A DNA stretch of 64,000 nucleotides from Acanthaster planci (lineage: Eukaryota): positions 398,938-462,937 of the forward strand of contig NW_019091356.1 in the NCBI RefSeq assembly GCF_001949145.1, given 5' to 3'. Shown one piece after another: positions 12,101 to 30,600 of this stretch. Below the pieces are notes generated by a model. The model did not search any database. It was not told the origin of the DNA and worked only from the letters and a program-made list of their open reading frames with translations. Every line of letters begins with the position of its first letter. Position 1 is the stretch's first letter. The position numbers and the translations under genes are program-made.

Positions 12101-13760
12101 GTAACGAAAACATCCATTCTTTTCTCGGATGGCAACTTGATCAGTGCTGAGTTTTTTTCTAAAAACATGGTCCATATAGGGCCGCATATCCATGTATTAT
12201 GCTTGTCTCTAGTTTAGACAAGTGAATTCAACCTGTGAACATGAAGTAAAATACAGTACGAAATCTCTTGATGCTACTCAGAAGATAAGTAATGTTCAAC
12301 ATTTTGACAAGTTTCTTACCGGGTTCCAAACAATGACTATCTTGTCGACAGCCCTGTAGAAAGAAGAGCATGATGTGTTGAAAATAGTAACAATGATACC
12401 AAAATAACACATATGGATGCAAGTAATTAGGGACAGTCTCTCATAATGAACCAATCAAAAGAAAGAATGTTTTACAACATGGAAATCTCACAATCATCAA
12501 TTCCAGGGCCTTGGAAAATTAAGAACACAGAACAAGGAAACTGACCCTGATGCCAACAGACTTCCATCCGGTGAAAAAGCCACTGCCATGACCTTAGCAG
12601 TATGGCCCGTCAGACTACATCGTACCTTGGTCTTACATGCTGCAGAAAGATACAATGGAACTACTTCAATGAAAAGCACAGTCAACTTGTTTCCTATAGT
12701 AGAGGTGTGACAGAGGTATTCATTTCTTATTTTCTGGTGATGTAACTTTTGTGACAGCTTTGATGTCCCTTGCTTGATAAACTAAAAATTTGAACCATCT
12801 CTTCCTTTTCTTGTTTCAGTAACAAAGGTATTATAATTTACAAACGTACAAGGAAAAACAATAAGATCCCAAAGTTTGACCAGGTTTTCTCCTCCACAAG
12901 TTGCTAGAAGGTAAGCTCTCCGATCACTGTTTATCTCAGCATTAGGATCTGAAACCAAACAATTAGAAGTCAAACATCATCATAAATTAACAAGCCAATG
13001 TGAATTTATAAATAACTTGTCCAAATCAGTCTCAATAAAACCAGAGACAGTCAAACCTCACCTGCTGAACCAAAAGTTGGAGAGATGACCAGACATGACA
13101 CGCCAAGGTCATGACACTCAGGGTCAAAGAAAAGCGACTTAGTGTGGCCATAGAGGGCATCCCAAATGCGAAGATCGCCGGAGGCACAAGCTGAAACCAC
13201 AAAGCTGCTATCAGGAGTGAATGTACAAGCTGTGATGACATTCTCATGCCCATCAAAGGTTCTGCGCAAACAGAATATTATCAAAGGCACATCATGGAAC
13301 ACTCACGATATGAAGTACTGAAATTTGAATATGAACCACAGAAACAAGGCACATACCTGATCAAGGACTTCTTCTGTACGTTCCACAAACACAAGGTACT
13401 GTCTGCTGCTCCAGTCAACAACATCTCAGAGTTGGGCGAAAAGCTGCAGACCCTAACGATTGCCTTACTAGGATGCTGCAAAACAACTTGGCTCTCTCCG
13501 GTGCGAGCATCCCACAAGATGATCTTACCATCTGTCGAGCAAGAGGCCAAGACGGTACCAAATGGACTGAAGACACACCAATGAACATAGTACGTGTGAC
13601 CCAGCAGGGGAGAGATGGGTAACTCCTTGAAGTCTTCCAGGTTCCAGAGTCGGACAGACTTGTCCCCTGAGCAGGAGGCTATTGTAGTAGCTGAGAAGCA
13701 ACAACAGTTGACATCAGAGCTGTGGGACTTCAAGGTGTGGACAAGTGTTGCTGAAGCCAT
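9180..13760 (-). CDS. WDSUB1: WD repeat, SAM and U-box domain-containing protein 1 (499 aa)
   Basis: Coding exons (minus) 13760-13357, 13261-13062, 12948-12850, 12639-12546, 12353-12320, 11911-11871, 11546-11425, 11120-10911, 10404-10327, 10015-9944, 9325-9180; total 1500 nt, all GT-AG. WD40 start [21 protein letters not shown] domain [10 protein letters not shown]...IDGQEL...LGHRQKIL, U-box [28 protein letters not shown]...SPMTN...LTPNRSLK. Confidence 0.96.
9459..9714. mobile_element. Probable MITE with internal TCCATGACTTTT repeats, right end GGGAACCCTG
   Basis: Repeated AAATTCCATGACTTTTTCATGAC motif near both ends; degenerate left end TAGGATTCC vs right end GGAACCCTG. Confidence 0.55.
10669..10860. 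repeat. Minisatellite, 21-22 bp unit (GGCATATGACATACTGTTCTT), ~9 copies, in a WDSUB1 intron
   Basis: Tandem units read directly; flanked by TGACATC-rich low-complexity segments. Confidence 0.9.
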
Positions 13761-14044
13761 GGTGCTTACTACAATTGCCAACGCATCAAAAAGAAATCAG
13801 GCTGTAAGAAGAGGACAGTATGTCGGTAAACCTTTCTCTCTTAATGTACCAGATGTAAACAAATTTTCTACAAAGAAAACAACTGACATCAATGAAAATA
13901 AAACAAGCACAACTGATAAGCCATCAGTATTTTTTGGACAACTGAGGAGGAAATCATTACACAAATACAAAACAAGTCATTACAAACCTGCAATTACAAT
14001 CACTTCATATAAACTGCTTCTGCACATGTTGGATATTTAACAAT

Positions 14045-14332
14045 AAAAAGCAAGTCTGGTCCGAGCCAATTTGGCTCATCAGGCTGGTGTTTATCTCCAG
14101 TTTCCTTGGCATGAAACGACTGAGAATATTTCTATTCCCTCCCGGATGGGATGCCAGTCCATCACAGGTTACTTCCCCAGCTAATGCTGGTACCCATTTA
14201 TACCCCTGGGTGGAGAGAGGCAAGCAGGATTGAAGTGGCTTGCCAAGGGCCACAACATACTGCCAGCAGCTGCATTTGAACCTCCAACCCTATGATTAGA
14301 AGCCACAAACCCTAACCACTTGGCCACATGCC
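14045..14332 (-). mobile_element. tRNA-derived SINE
   Basis: Minus strand begins with a tRNA-like head carrying A box TGGCCAAGTGG and B box GGTTCAAATGC, then a CORE-like segment GTGGCCCTTGGCAAGCCACTTCAATCC, CCACCCAGGGGTATAAATGGGTACC and CCTGTGATGGACTGGCATCCCATCC, which are typical of aquatic-invertebrate SINE bodies. Confidence 0.8.
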
Positions 14333-15084
14333 CCCCCCCATATCTATCAATATCTCAGCATTTATTAGGACCCCTGCTTCTAACCATGTCATATTTTACC
14401 TGATCATGTCCACAATAATAGAATCCACCCTTTTCCCGTGAAATTAAAATCACTGTATGGTGTAATTACTGCTAGGGTCTAATATCAGGCTGACCAGTGT
14501 TATTTTAAGATTTTCAACAAACTGTTTAAGAGATTTCAGAGCATATTGAAATCTCTGACTTTAAATACTATACACAGGAAAGGTGTAACCAATTATCAGT
14601 ACTAGTGTCTAAATCATATGTACTTCATTGCTGAATACATTCAATAATACCAAATAACCACTATGACAGCTGAAACAAGACAGAGAAGTAGGCTTTGTAA
14701 ATGCTGTTAATTTACACCATGAGGCAAAGTGAATTTGATCACCATCATAATGTCCATCATAATATCATGATTATCATGTCACAACTACAGTACCTACAAT
14801 CATGGTCCAGATGGTTGCCTAACCTGTATGTATGTAAAATTCACGATTTTCACCATCCACATTGGTAACTTATAAGTAATTTTATGATGTATTCATACCC
14901 ACACGGTAAGTGAGTATGATTGATTATCGAGTAAGGCAGTTTATTGCGTCACACAAAACGAGTGAAGTATCGAAGTTTTGTTTACCAAGTTGGTACTCTT
15001 GCGCCTGACCTCTGAACGAAATAAACAAAACGTATGATCGTGTTCACATTTTCCAACACGAGTCACATATGTGAAAATACTTAC

Positions 15085-15385
15085 ACTTGTTTCTGCCTCG
15101 GCAAACGGTTGAAGTGTCAAAAAGAATAGATGTGAAATTTGGATTACTGGACAAAATTAGTCAACACGGCAAAAAAGCAAGGCTGCACTGTGTAAACACC
15201 ACCATTGACACTGATGTCATCTTAATCAGTCACACACGTGATGTGAGGGCGCTGTTTAATTTACAGCGGTGGTGGGCAGGTTTCGAAAATAACAGATGTG
15301 ATTCGAGAACCGAAGAGTCGGAATACGGAATAATACCTCGAAAAGCAACCAGTACTAGGCCTAAAGCGACTGGATTTATAAAACA
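15085..15385. promoter_or_regulatory. Bidirectional promoter region WDSUB1/FECH, including the WDSUB1 non-coding first exon (donor at 15084) and the FECH 5' UTR
   Basis: Minus-strand donor AAGT|GTAAGTA at 15085/15084 can splice to acceptor TTCTTACAG at 13802/13801. FECH ATG is 300 bp away on the plus strand. Locally CpG-rich; E-box CACGTG at 15235-15240. Confidence 0.7.
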
Positions 15386-21937
<6,552 letters not shown>

Positions 21938-21946
21938 ATCTGTCCC

Positions 21947-22151
21947 TTAAAGGTGCAGTTGACAGCGGAAGAAATGGCCTGGTTCCCATTTCTGTCCAGT
22001 GATGTAGATTTTGCAGATTTTGTTAACATTTCCGCAACTTGGAATTTCAAAAGTTCCAAAAATGAGGTCTTTGGAAATTTATTTCCTCCAGAATTTTGGA
22101 TAAAGATTCAAGTCTGGATTTTAATGATAGTATAGAAAGTAACTGCCTTAA
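21947..22151. mobile_element. Possible TTAA-flanked MITE (Kolobok-like ends) at the start of the FECH 3' UTR
   Basis: TTAAAGGTGCAGTT ... AACTGCCTTAA imperfect inverted ends. Confidence 0.4.
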
Positions 22152-22470
22152 GGGTTTCTACAGGGTATAGAGCAGTAGCGTCTCATTTTGCAACAGTGAA
22201 AAGAATTTTCGATGTAATTTTCTTACCATTTTGTTTGTAGGGTCTAAAAAGCTGAAGAATTTGCATTTGCTGTCATCAAATTCCTCTAAGAAATTTTTAT
22301 TTTGCATTTTAGTAGTAATAGCTAGTATCTACATTTATTTGCAATTTTTTTTGGAGTTTTTCCTGCTTCTTTTTCATGTTTGGAAAAGATTGTTGGGAGA
22401 TATTTGTCACCTATCACCACAAAATAAGCAGAACGTCGGAATTTTCAAATACTGACATAGTAGTATTTTT

Positions 22471-22695
22471 GAATTCAGCAGAAAGAGAGCCTTCCATTGG
22501 TATGTACATGGAAACTTAGTGTAAGAGTACAAGATGACAATGTGACATTATTCTGGCAGTTTTATGGCTTAGTTTCTGACGTTGTTTCAACATTTCTTAG
22601 CAGGCACAAATAATTAATGCTTTCATCAAAATTGTGGAAAAAATTACATTTTTGAATATGTGATCCTGCAAGAAAATTGGAATTAAATAGAGGGG
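22471..22695 (+). repeat. Dispersed repeat copy B, similar to 3462-3682
   Basis: Same orientation, collinear similarity to copy A. Confidence 0.8.
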
Positions 22696-22789
22696 TTACT
22701 CTTTCCAAATATTATAAAACCCCAAAGTGACCTCCACTTCAGAATTTTACTTTTAACCCCCAAAATAGGAAAGAGTGGAACGCAACTTA

Positions 22790-22864
22790 ATGCTCATTTT
22801 GTTGTGTCTGGCTTTATGCTCATTTTGTTGTGTCTGGCTTTATGCTCATTTTGTTGTGTCTGGC
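22790..22864. repeat. 26-bp tandem repeat (ATGCTCATTTTGTTGTGTCTGGCTTT), ~3 copies
   Basis: Read directly from the sequence. Confidence 0.9.
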
Positions 22865-24375
22865 AGACACAACAAAATGAGTGTAAAGTTGCATTCCACT
22901 CTTTCCTATCTGGTCACATTTGGTGGCACTTCTCAGCATCATCAATGAAATACTTTCAGGTACCAATCAATATGCTTCACCTTACACTGCAAGTTCAAAC
23001 TTCCTGCTTCTTTATTGTGATAAAGCAGCACCTGAGGAAATAAGTTTACAAAGATAACTTAATACGACAAAAATGGCATGGTTTACTTTTGTTACAGTTA
23101 GTCACAAGCACTTCTACCGACCATAATCACAAAATAGTTGACTGTATTAAACTGCCAAATCCTTCATTACAAGAGCATTTTTGTGCTTGTAACATCACAA
23201 TAAATCATTAGACACTGCTTTAGTAAACATAAATAATACCTCCACTCCCCCCCCCAAAAAGGGGGGCTAGTTTTGTACATAAAGGTGCTGGAAAAATGTT
23301 AAATGATGGACTTCTCTTATTTAATTCTGCCAAAATAATAACTGGAAGAATGGGCCAAAAATATTGCCATGAGATATTTACCTGTACAGTTTGCCAATGA
23401 TGTCGTCATCCCTGTGCTCCATGTAAACAGGGCAACACAGACTGATATACAGCGTATATTATCATTAGTCATAGGCCAAGGTCGATAGAGGGATCCCAAT
23501 ACAACACTTTTAGCGTTGACCTGTGCACTTCCGCGTTTGAAAACGAGGCTGTATGTGTCAGCTTCAGTTCTTAATGCAATCAGATGATTGAAAGTAAGGA
23601 GTCAGGACACAAAATACATAAAGGATAGTTAAATTCAGACTTTTTAGGCTGCAAAATTTTGTGGAAGAGGCTTTTAGGATGACTTGACAAGTAAAATCAA
23701 AAGAAAAAATAGCAACAATTGACCGCGAACTAACGTACCTGCGATGGTCGTGTATCTTGTGCAGTGGGCGTGGTTTAAACTGAAGTTGCATCACACTTAA
23801 GAACCGGATACTCCATGTACTGTGTGGACCCCATGGGCACGCGCAACGAAGTTCAACACAGAGAGCCTTGGTTTCGATGCAGATATGCGCAGACGGCGCT
23901 AATGTGAAATCCCTTCATACTTCAGTCACATTATGCTACATTTGAGTGAAAGGAGACTTTCACTCTCTTATGTGACACCTGTCTTTGTGGACATTTCCCC
24001 CGTATTGGCATAGCTTTGAAAACCATCATTGGGTGTACAGTCAGACTTCGCAAAGTTCTGTAAAATTTAAATGAAGTTAGATTATTTTGAATTTCCTACA
24101 CGTTACCACACAGAAATACATGGTCAGAGTTCCAAACAGTAGTTATGAACACAAAGTTATCAATGTGAGCTTTGTGCAGCTGTGCCATTAACAATGACAC
24201 CAAATAGTCATAATTATCACGTACAAGGGAAAGAAATTAGCACAAAGCAGCTGGGATTGTCAAACTGTGTTCTTATACTGATAAACGTCTTTCTCCACTG
24301 CTCTAGAAAAAAGTAGTGTTTAGAAATTTAGGCGTTTAGTCCTTGAAATATGTTCATTTAAGTTTGTTCATTTCA

Positions 24376-24426
24376 CCCTAACCCTCCTGAATCCTTCACC
24401 TGTTGGAGGATTGAGGAGGGTTAGGG
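24376..24426. mobile_element. 51-bp hairpin micro-MITE, copy 2 (opposite orientation)
   Basis: CCCTAACCCTCCTGAATCCT-TCACCTGTTGG-AGGATTGAGGAGGGTTAGGG; flanks TTCA/TTTA. Confidence 0.7.
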
Positions 24427-24867
24427 TTTAAGTCAGCAAACACTGTGATTAGGTGTTTCTTGACCTCTTCACTAAATTTTCTATTTTCAATAAGAATTAG
24501 CATAACAGATAATTTTCTAAAGGAATGCAAATTCTCAGTGATACATTGAAAACAAAAGATCTGCTTGGTTGAGTAATGATGTAGTTTCTGTGTGGGGTTT
24601 GTCCACACTGGTACAGTAAGGATGGGAACACTGTCTCGGTTATTGTTAAACTCAACCCCAGGATTTCTCTTATTTTTAAACATTCCTGACTCCTTCCACC
24701 GCCAACAGTGAAACAATACAATGGTACTGGGCCTCAAAATAAATCTGGAAGTCCAATCATGCATAGATGGAGACTTTGCTGTGCTCGCATTTATCCAAAT
24801 ACATGGGCTGCAAAAATGGATGTGTCCATGTCTGTGTGGAGATCTGATATGATATTTTAGGCTGATG

Positions 24868-25408
24868 ATGATCAAATAACATTCCTGATTCAGTATAATG
24901 TATCACAAGATACTACGATGACCAAGTAATATTCCTGATTCAATATCCTGTATCACAAGATACTACGATGATCAAGTAATATTCCTGATTCAATATCCTG
25001 TATCACAAGATACTATGAGGACCAAGTAATATTCCTGATTCAATATCCTGTATCACAAGATACTACGATGATCAAGTAATATTCCTGATTCAATATCCTG
25101 TATCACAAGATACTACGATGACCAAGTAATATTCCTGATTCAATATCCTGTATCACAAGATACTACGATGACCAAGTAATATTCCTGATTCAATATCCTG
25201 TATCACAAGATACTATGAGGACCAAGTAATATTCCTGATTCAGTATCCGGTTATCACAAGATAGTACGATGACCAAGTAATATTCCTGATTCAATATCCT
25301 GTTATCAAAAGATACTACGATGACCAAGTAATATTCCTGATTCAATATCCTGTATCACAAGATACTACGATGACCAAGTAATATTCCTGATTCAATATCC
25401 TGTATCCA
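24868..25408. repeat. Minisatellite, 50-bp unit (ATATTCCTGATTCAATATCCTGTATCACAAGATACTACGATGACCAAGTA), ~10.5 near-identical copies
   Basis: Period 50 seen directly; head-to-tail with no spacers. Confidence 0.95.
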
Positions 25409-27042
25409 CAAAATGTTATGTATTAAATATGGCAAAATAGATGGATCTACTTTAAAAATGTCAAAACTTCAAATGTGGTTTTCTTACATGGTACAAATAA
25501 ACCTTCTATCAATATTTAGTTAGCGAAATATAATATAACAGAATGACACATTCTATTGTTTTACTTTTCTTGGTTAAAATAATTATCACGCAAAACTCCG
25601 GAGAAGTCATTTATATAATGATGAAACATGCCTGAGGTTGCACAAAGGCACTGAAATAACACAGGTTCCCGTCTCAACTTTTTTTCTGCTTATTAATACC
25701 GCAACCTTCTTCAATCCCTGTTTCTCAAGGCAAACCAAAGTTTTACCTTGCTTCTGCAAAGAAAGCATTCCATGACAATTTTGTCTTCTCCAATGCAACT
25801 TCACACATCTGTTCATCACTAAATTCTAGCCAGTTCTTAGATTCTAATTCACCATGCACAATATCTCCAATTTCCATGAGTTCCAGTGAGTGTTGAACCA
25901 ATCTAATTTACTAATTTAATTTATACCAGCAAAAGTTCACAAATTTATCTACAAAAATATTTCTAAAAAAATTCATCAACAAATTCACCTTTTTAAGCAA
26001 AGGTTAAAATAATATGAGACCACTCAGAAATGTAAAACAGGAATGTCATTTGCCCCTGAACAAAATATAGGAAATTATGCATTCCCTGTGGAACCCCATA
26101 AGTAGCTTGGCTGTAGTAGAGAAGATTGACAACAGTGGAAACACAAACAAATAAAAAATCTCGAATGTTAGAAAAATAGGAAAAATATCATGGCTGTATA
26201 AAGCAGCATTGTAATAAAATTCAACTGATTTTTAAGAGTTTAGAAAGTTCAGACGTAAAACTAAATCAAAAAGATTTAAATGTTATTTATGACATTAAAA
26301 AATGAAGTACCAGCCTCTAGAAATGTACCATGGTGTAACTAGGGCTAAATTTTGAAACTTAGCTGCAGCTGCATTACAATGGACATTGTTCAGAGATTTC
26401 AAATGAGGGCATGCCCCCCCCAGAAACTACACTGGAATATCTCACAGCACTTGTGGTAAGTTACTGTTGGTATTATCAATGCAGAACTGTTGTGTACCTG
26501 TATGAAAGAAGGCCTCGACAGTGAAGCCATGCTTTGTTGAGTGCATGTAGCTATTGCTTTGTTACATGCACTTTGTAGTGGCTTTTTGCTTAAGTTCACA
26601 ATCCCTTATGGCTGTGTGTACTTTGGAAGTCTCTGATTCTGGTTGTTGTCCTTTGAAAATCAACACTCCAACATCTATTCATTGACACTGCTGATCTCTT
26701 TGTCAGACTAATCCATTGTGAAACCGAGAATTCAGGCACTGTGCCATTTCTAGAAGTGTGTGCTTTGAGAACACAAGCATGTAAAATGGAGTGAAGTACA
26801 TGTACAAACATCACTTCCCATTACACAACACCTAAAATGAAATATCACTGACTGATTATTGGCAGTGATCTCAAATTATGTACTCAAATCATTACAAATG
26901 ACACTTAAGGATTGGGGGTTTAAATATATGCTGAACACTACAATATGCCTCTAGTAACAAATTATTCTGATAGTGGCAAAGGGCTAGCTCCAAATTGTGA
27001 CTGAACACAAACTTCTATAATGCTTTTGTAGGGCTACACACT

Positions 27043-27097
27043 GTACCACAGTCCTCAGTCCTCCAACAGGTGAAGGATCGAGGACTGTTAGGGTTAA
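27043..27097. mobile_element. Hairpin micro-MITE, copy 3 (variant)
   Basis: ACAGTCCTCAGTCCT-CCAACAGGTGA-AGGATCGAGGACTGT-TAGGGTTAA; same loop, variant stem, left end degraded. Confidence 0.65.
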
Positions 27098-27679
27098 CAC
27101 CAAAGCATTGGAGGTGCAGGATGCAGTTTTTAACAGATTAAGAGTAGGTGGGATTATCAACTTAACTCTTTGAGTTCGTGGGGTTTGGGCAAGAGAGTAA
27201 ACTCTGGTTGAAATTTATCTTCTTACTTTCGGTTGTTTTGTCATAATGACATGGTCCTAATCAGTGGAAGTAGATGATTAGGGGCCTCTTCCAGATGTGA
27301 TGTAAGATAATAATGAACAGGCAAACGGAAATGAACCAGACAGATACAGGAGGGCTTACTGCACTAACTTGTCACAGTGTATATGCCAGCTGCTGACCAG
27401 AGTCAGGACACGATTCATTAAACACTGTACCTGATGACTCTGGTCTTCACAACCTTCAGCGTCTTGTGTCAAGGATTTGGAAGGTGTCATGTGGAACTGC
27501 TGAGCTTTTCCAAGATTTAAGGAAAAGCTAATGTCTAAATTAAGATAGCTGGGCTCAGTTACGGGGTAAAAAAGAAAGTTACCAAACTAACTGCTTACTG
27601 ACACTAACTACAATAAGTAAATATAATGGAATTTCTTTCCAGGAACATCAAACTGACCACTATGTAGTGTGTTCCAGTC

Positions 27680-30600
27680 TCACACTTTCTCTGTTGCTAT
27701 TTCTTGACTTCCATCATGATTTGCTGGTTCCTGTTTAGGCACAGACTTGTACCGCCCTTTATCCATGCTGGCGTCTCCATCATTTGTTTCTTCTCTACTT
27801 TTACGAAGACAGCGACAAATATTTCCCTCTGCAGCAAAAACAAAAATCAAAATATTTGAATGTGTCAGAAAAATACCACCTGTACACATCAAGCACCTGC
27901 TCGAAACCCTATTTATCAACAAAAATAATAACTACTGTGCTATGTACTGCTTTCCTTTGAGACATACAAAATATTTGGGTGAGTTTGGAGGGACTTGTGA
28001 AGAAAAGCAATTCTATGCAAATGCCTAATCATTTCCCCCCCCAAAAGAAAAACACAACATGAACTTTCTTCCAGATGAATTTCTTAACATCTGTCTAAGA
28101 GTTGGGCAATGTCTAGACAAACAACTCAGTTCCCCTTCCCCTTGCATGACCCATGTCCTCCCTGATTGTGGGGTCCATGGTCATAGATACTCACTCCCAA
28201 CTCTTTCAGCGTCCTCCACAGTTTCTGGCAAGGGTTTGCCTCTTGTCTCCGGCAGGAAGAGTAAGAGGAGACCAGAGGAGATGGAGAAAGCACCAAAGAT
28301 GAAGTAAGGCAAAGAGAACCAGACAGCACCTAGTTCTAAGATGAAAGGACAGATAATGCCACTGATACGGGCCATCATGGAAGACAAGCCCATACCTTGA
28401 CTCCTGCCAACAAAACAGAATATTCAAATGTTGAAGACTCACAGAACAAGTTTCATCCTGTGTGTCTGATTTCCAAGACAACACAATACTTTTTCTACAT
28501 GTAACTGAATTTTACCTATTGTTTCATTGTCTAAGATTGAATCGTTTCATTGTTGCAGACCCATCGGGTAATTAAAACATCAAAAACCAGTGCATTTGTA
28601 AGAGAGGTTTTATGGGCCAAATTCCAACCAATAAGAGAATAAGTCCAAAATAATTATCAATGATACAGTGAAAACGAGACATGCAAAGCATGTCATAAAT
28701 ACTAACAAATACATTTCATTTAAATAATACACAGTGAAGTGTTCCTACTTCAGTGTTTATGAAATATGGCATAAATGCATTATTGTATTGAATTTGTCAG
28801 AGTGTATGATATATGACTATTGACCGAGGTTCTTGAGGGCAGATATATAACAACCTTCATGGTACCACGTCAGAATATTCAACGTCACTCACTTTTACAG
28901 TATCACTTTCTGAAATACATGAACCAGATTAATTTTGCTTGTGACACAAATGTTACACGCTGTAGCATCTCATCATCATCTGTTGTGATAGAGTATTCCC
29001 ATAATCACAGTGACAATTATTGACCTACCTGAGTTGTGTTGGATAGATCTCAGCAGAATAGGTGTATATCATCCCAAATGTTGTAGTTATAAAGAACTTT
29101 CCTATCATGGCAACAGTTGCTCGACCAGCTCCAGGGGCTAAGAATGAACAGAATGAGCCAGATACAGAGTTGGTAACATGAACAGAATGAGCCAGACACA
29201 GAGTTGGTAACATGAACAGAATGAGCCAGACACAGAGTTGGTAACATTACAACTCCTTTGTTTTATAAGAAATTCATTGGCTCCAAATTCTTTAAAACGT
29301 CTGATTGCTTTCCAAGGGTATATTCAAAATCCCATTGAATTACAATGCTAAGAACCCAAAGACACACTGCTATGCTGCCCCCAAGTAACCCCTGCCAAAT
29401 GCCCAACCCAGCCCAGCTTTACCCCATACCTATCCTTATCCAACAGCAGCCTTTACCACGCCCCTACCCTCAACTTTATCCACAATGGAGCGCCCATTTC
29501 CCCTATCCCAACCCAACCCTACCCCATACCTATCCTTATCCAACAGCAGCCTTTACCACGCCCCTACCCTCAACTTTATCCACAATGGAGCCCCATTTCC
29601 CCTATCCCAACCCAACCCAGCCTTACCCCATTCCTATCCTTATCCAACAGCAGCCCTTACCTCAGCCCAATCCCCACCCCTCACCCCAACTAATCCCCCA
29701 TTTATCCCATCCCAACACACCTCTTTCTTACCCTTACCCCAGTATTTTATTACCATCAACTTACAAAAGAGAGTGGCTCCTACGCAGGCGATTCCGCTAG
29801 CCACAAGGTAAAGACAAAGTGGCAAACGACGACCAATATACTGCATGGAGAGTATTGCCATGATATAGGCTGGTATTTCAACAGCACCGGCAACAAATGC
29901 AGCAAGGTAATGATCTACACCCAAATCTGAGGTACTCAGAGATATCCCATAGTATACCATGTTGTTGACAAACCTGAAAGAAATCATCATTAGGACATAA
30001 ACTATATTGTATTTGTAAAGTGCCTTCTGGTAAGTTTTCAAAATGTCCAAAAGGAAAGTGACCAAAATGCAAAATCAAATTGCTTTTTTTCTTAGAATAT
30101 ATGCCCTTCAATTATCCACTGAATAGTACTGACCATTAATATTCACATTATACTGTATAAAATATAGGACAATTATTGAAAATAATTTAGTTGCATAATT
30201 AAGAGAATGACTAACCAACAAAACAGTATGTTGATGGTTTTGCAGCACATGTTGGGAGTGCGAACTAAATCCAGATAGGTGTATCTACGAATGACAGTGA
30301 TCTCGGGTTGCTGTAGAATTGAAAAGAAAGTATATGTCATTACTAACAGAACCAACCTTCATGGTATGGTTATTGGAAGACAGACAAAATGTAAAAAACA
30401 CCCATGTGATAATTTCATAAATTGGTAACCAAGCCGTCAGTACATTAATTGGGAAAATGCGAACTGAAAGGTAAAGTACTGAACTTCTAAAATTTCACAG
30501 TTTACACTTACAATGTACATGTATATGAGGAGATACACCTTAAAATGCACAACAAATCATAAACATAATGTAGTCGTTATTCCTGAAGTAACAGGGAGTT

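Noticed and set aside
14260..14332. tRNA gene
   Set aside because: A and B boxes are present, but the acceptor stem is not closed and the sequence continues into a SINE body.
24868..25408. CRISPR-like periodic array
   Set aside because: Head-to-tail 50-bp units with no unique spacers, no cas genes and a eukaryotic context; it is a minisatellite.
29345..29811. Pro/Gln/Tyr-rich 151-aa and 108-aa ORFs
   Set aside because: Translations of the C-rich 100-bp tandem repeat, antisense within an SLC22 intron.
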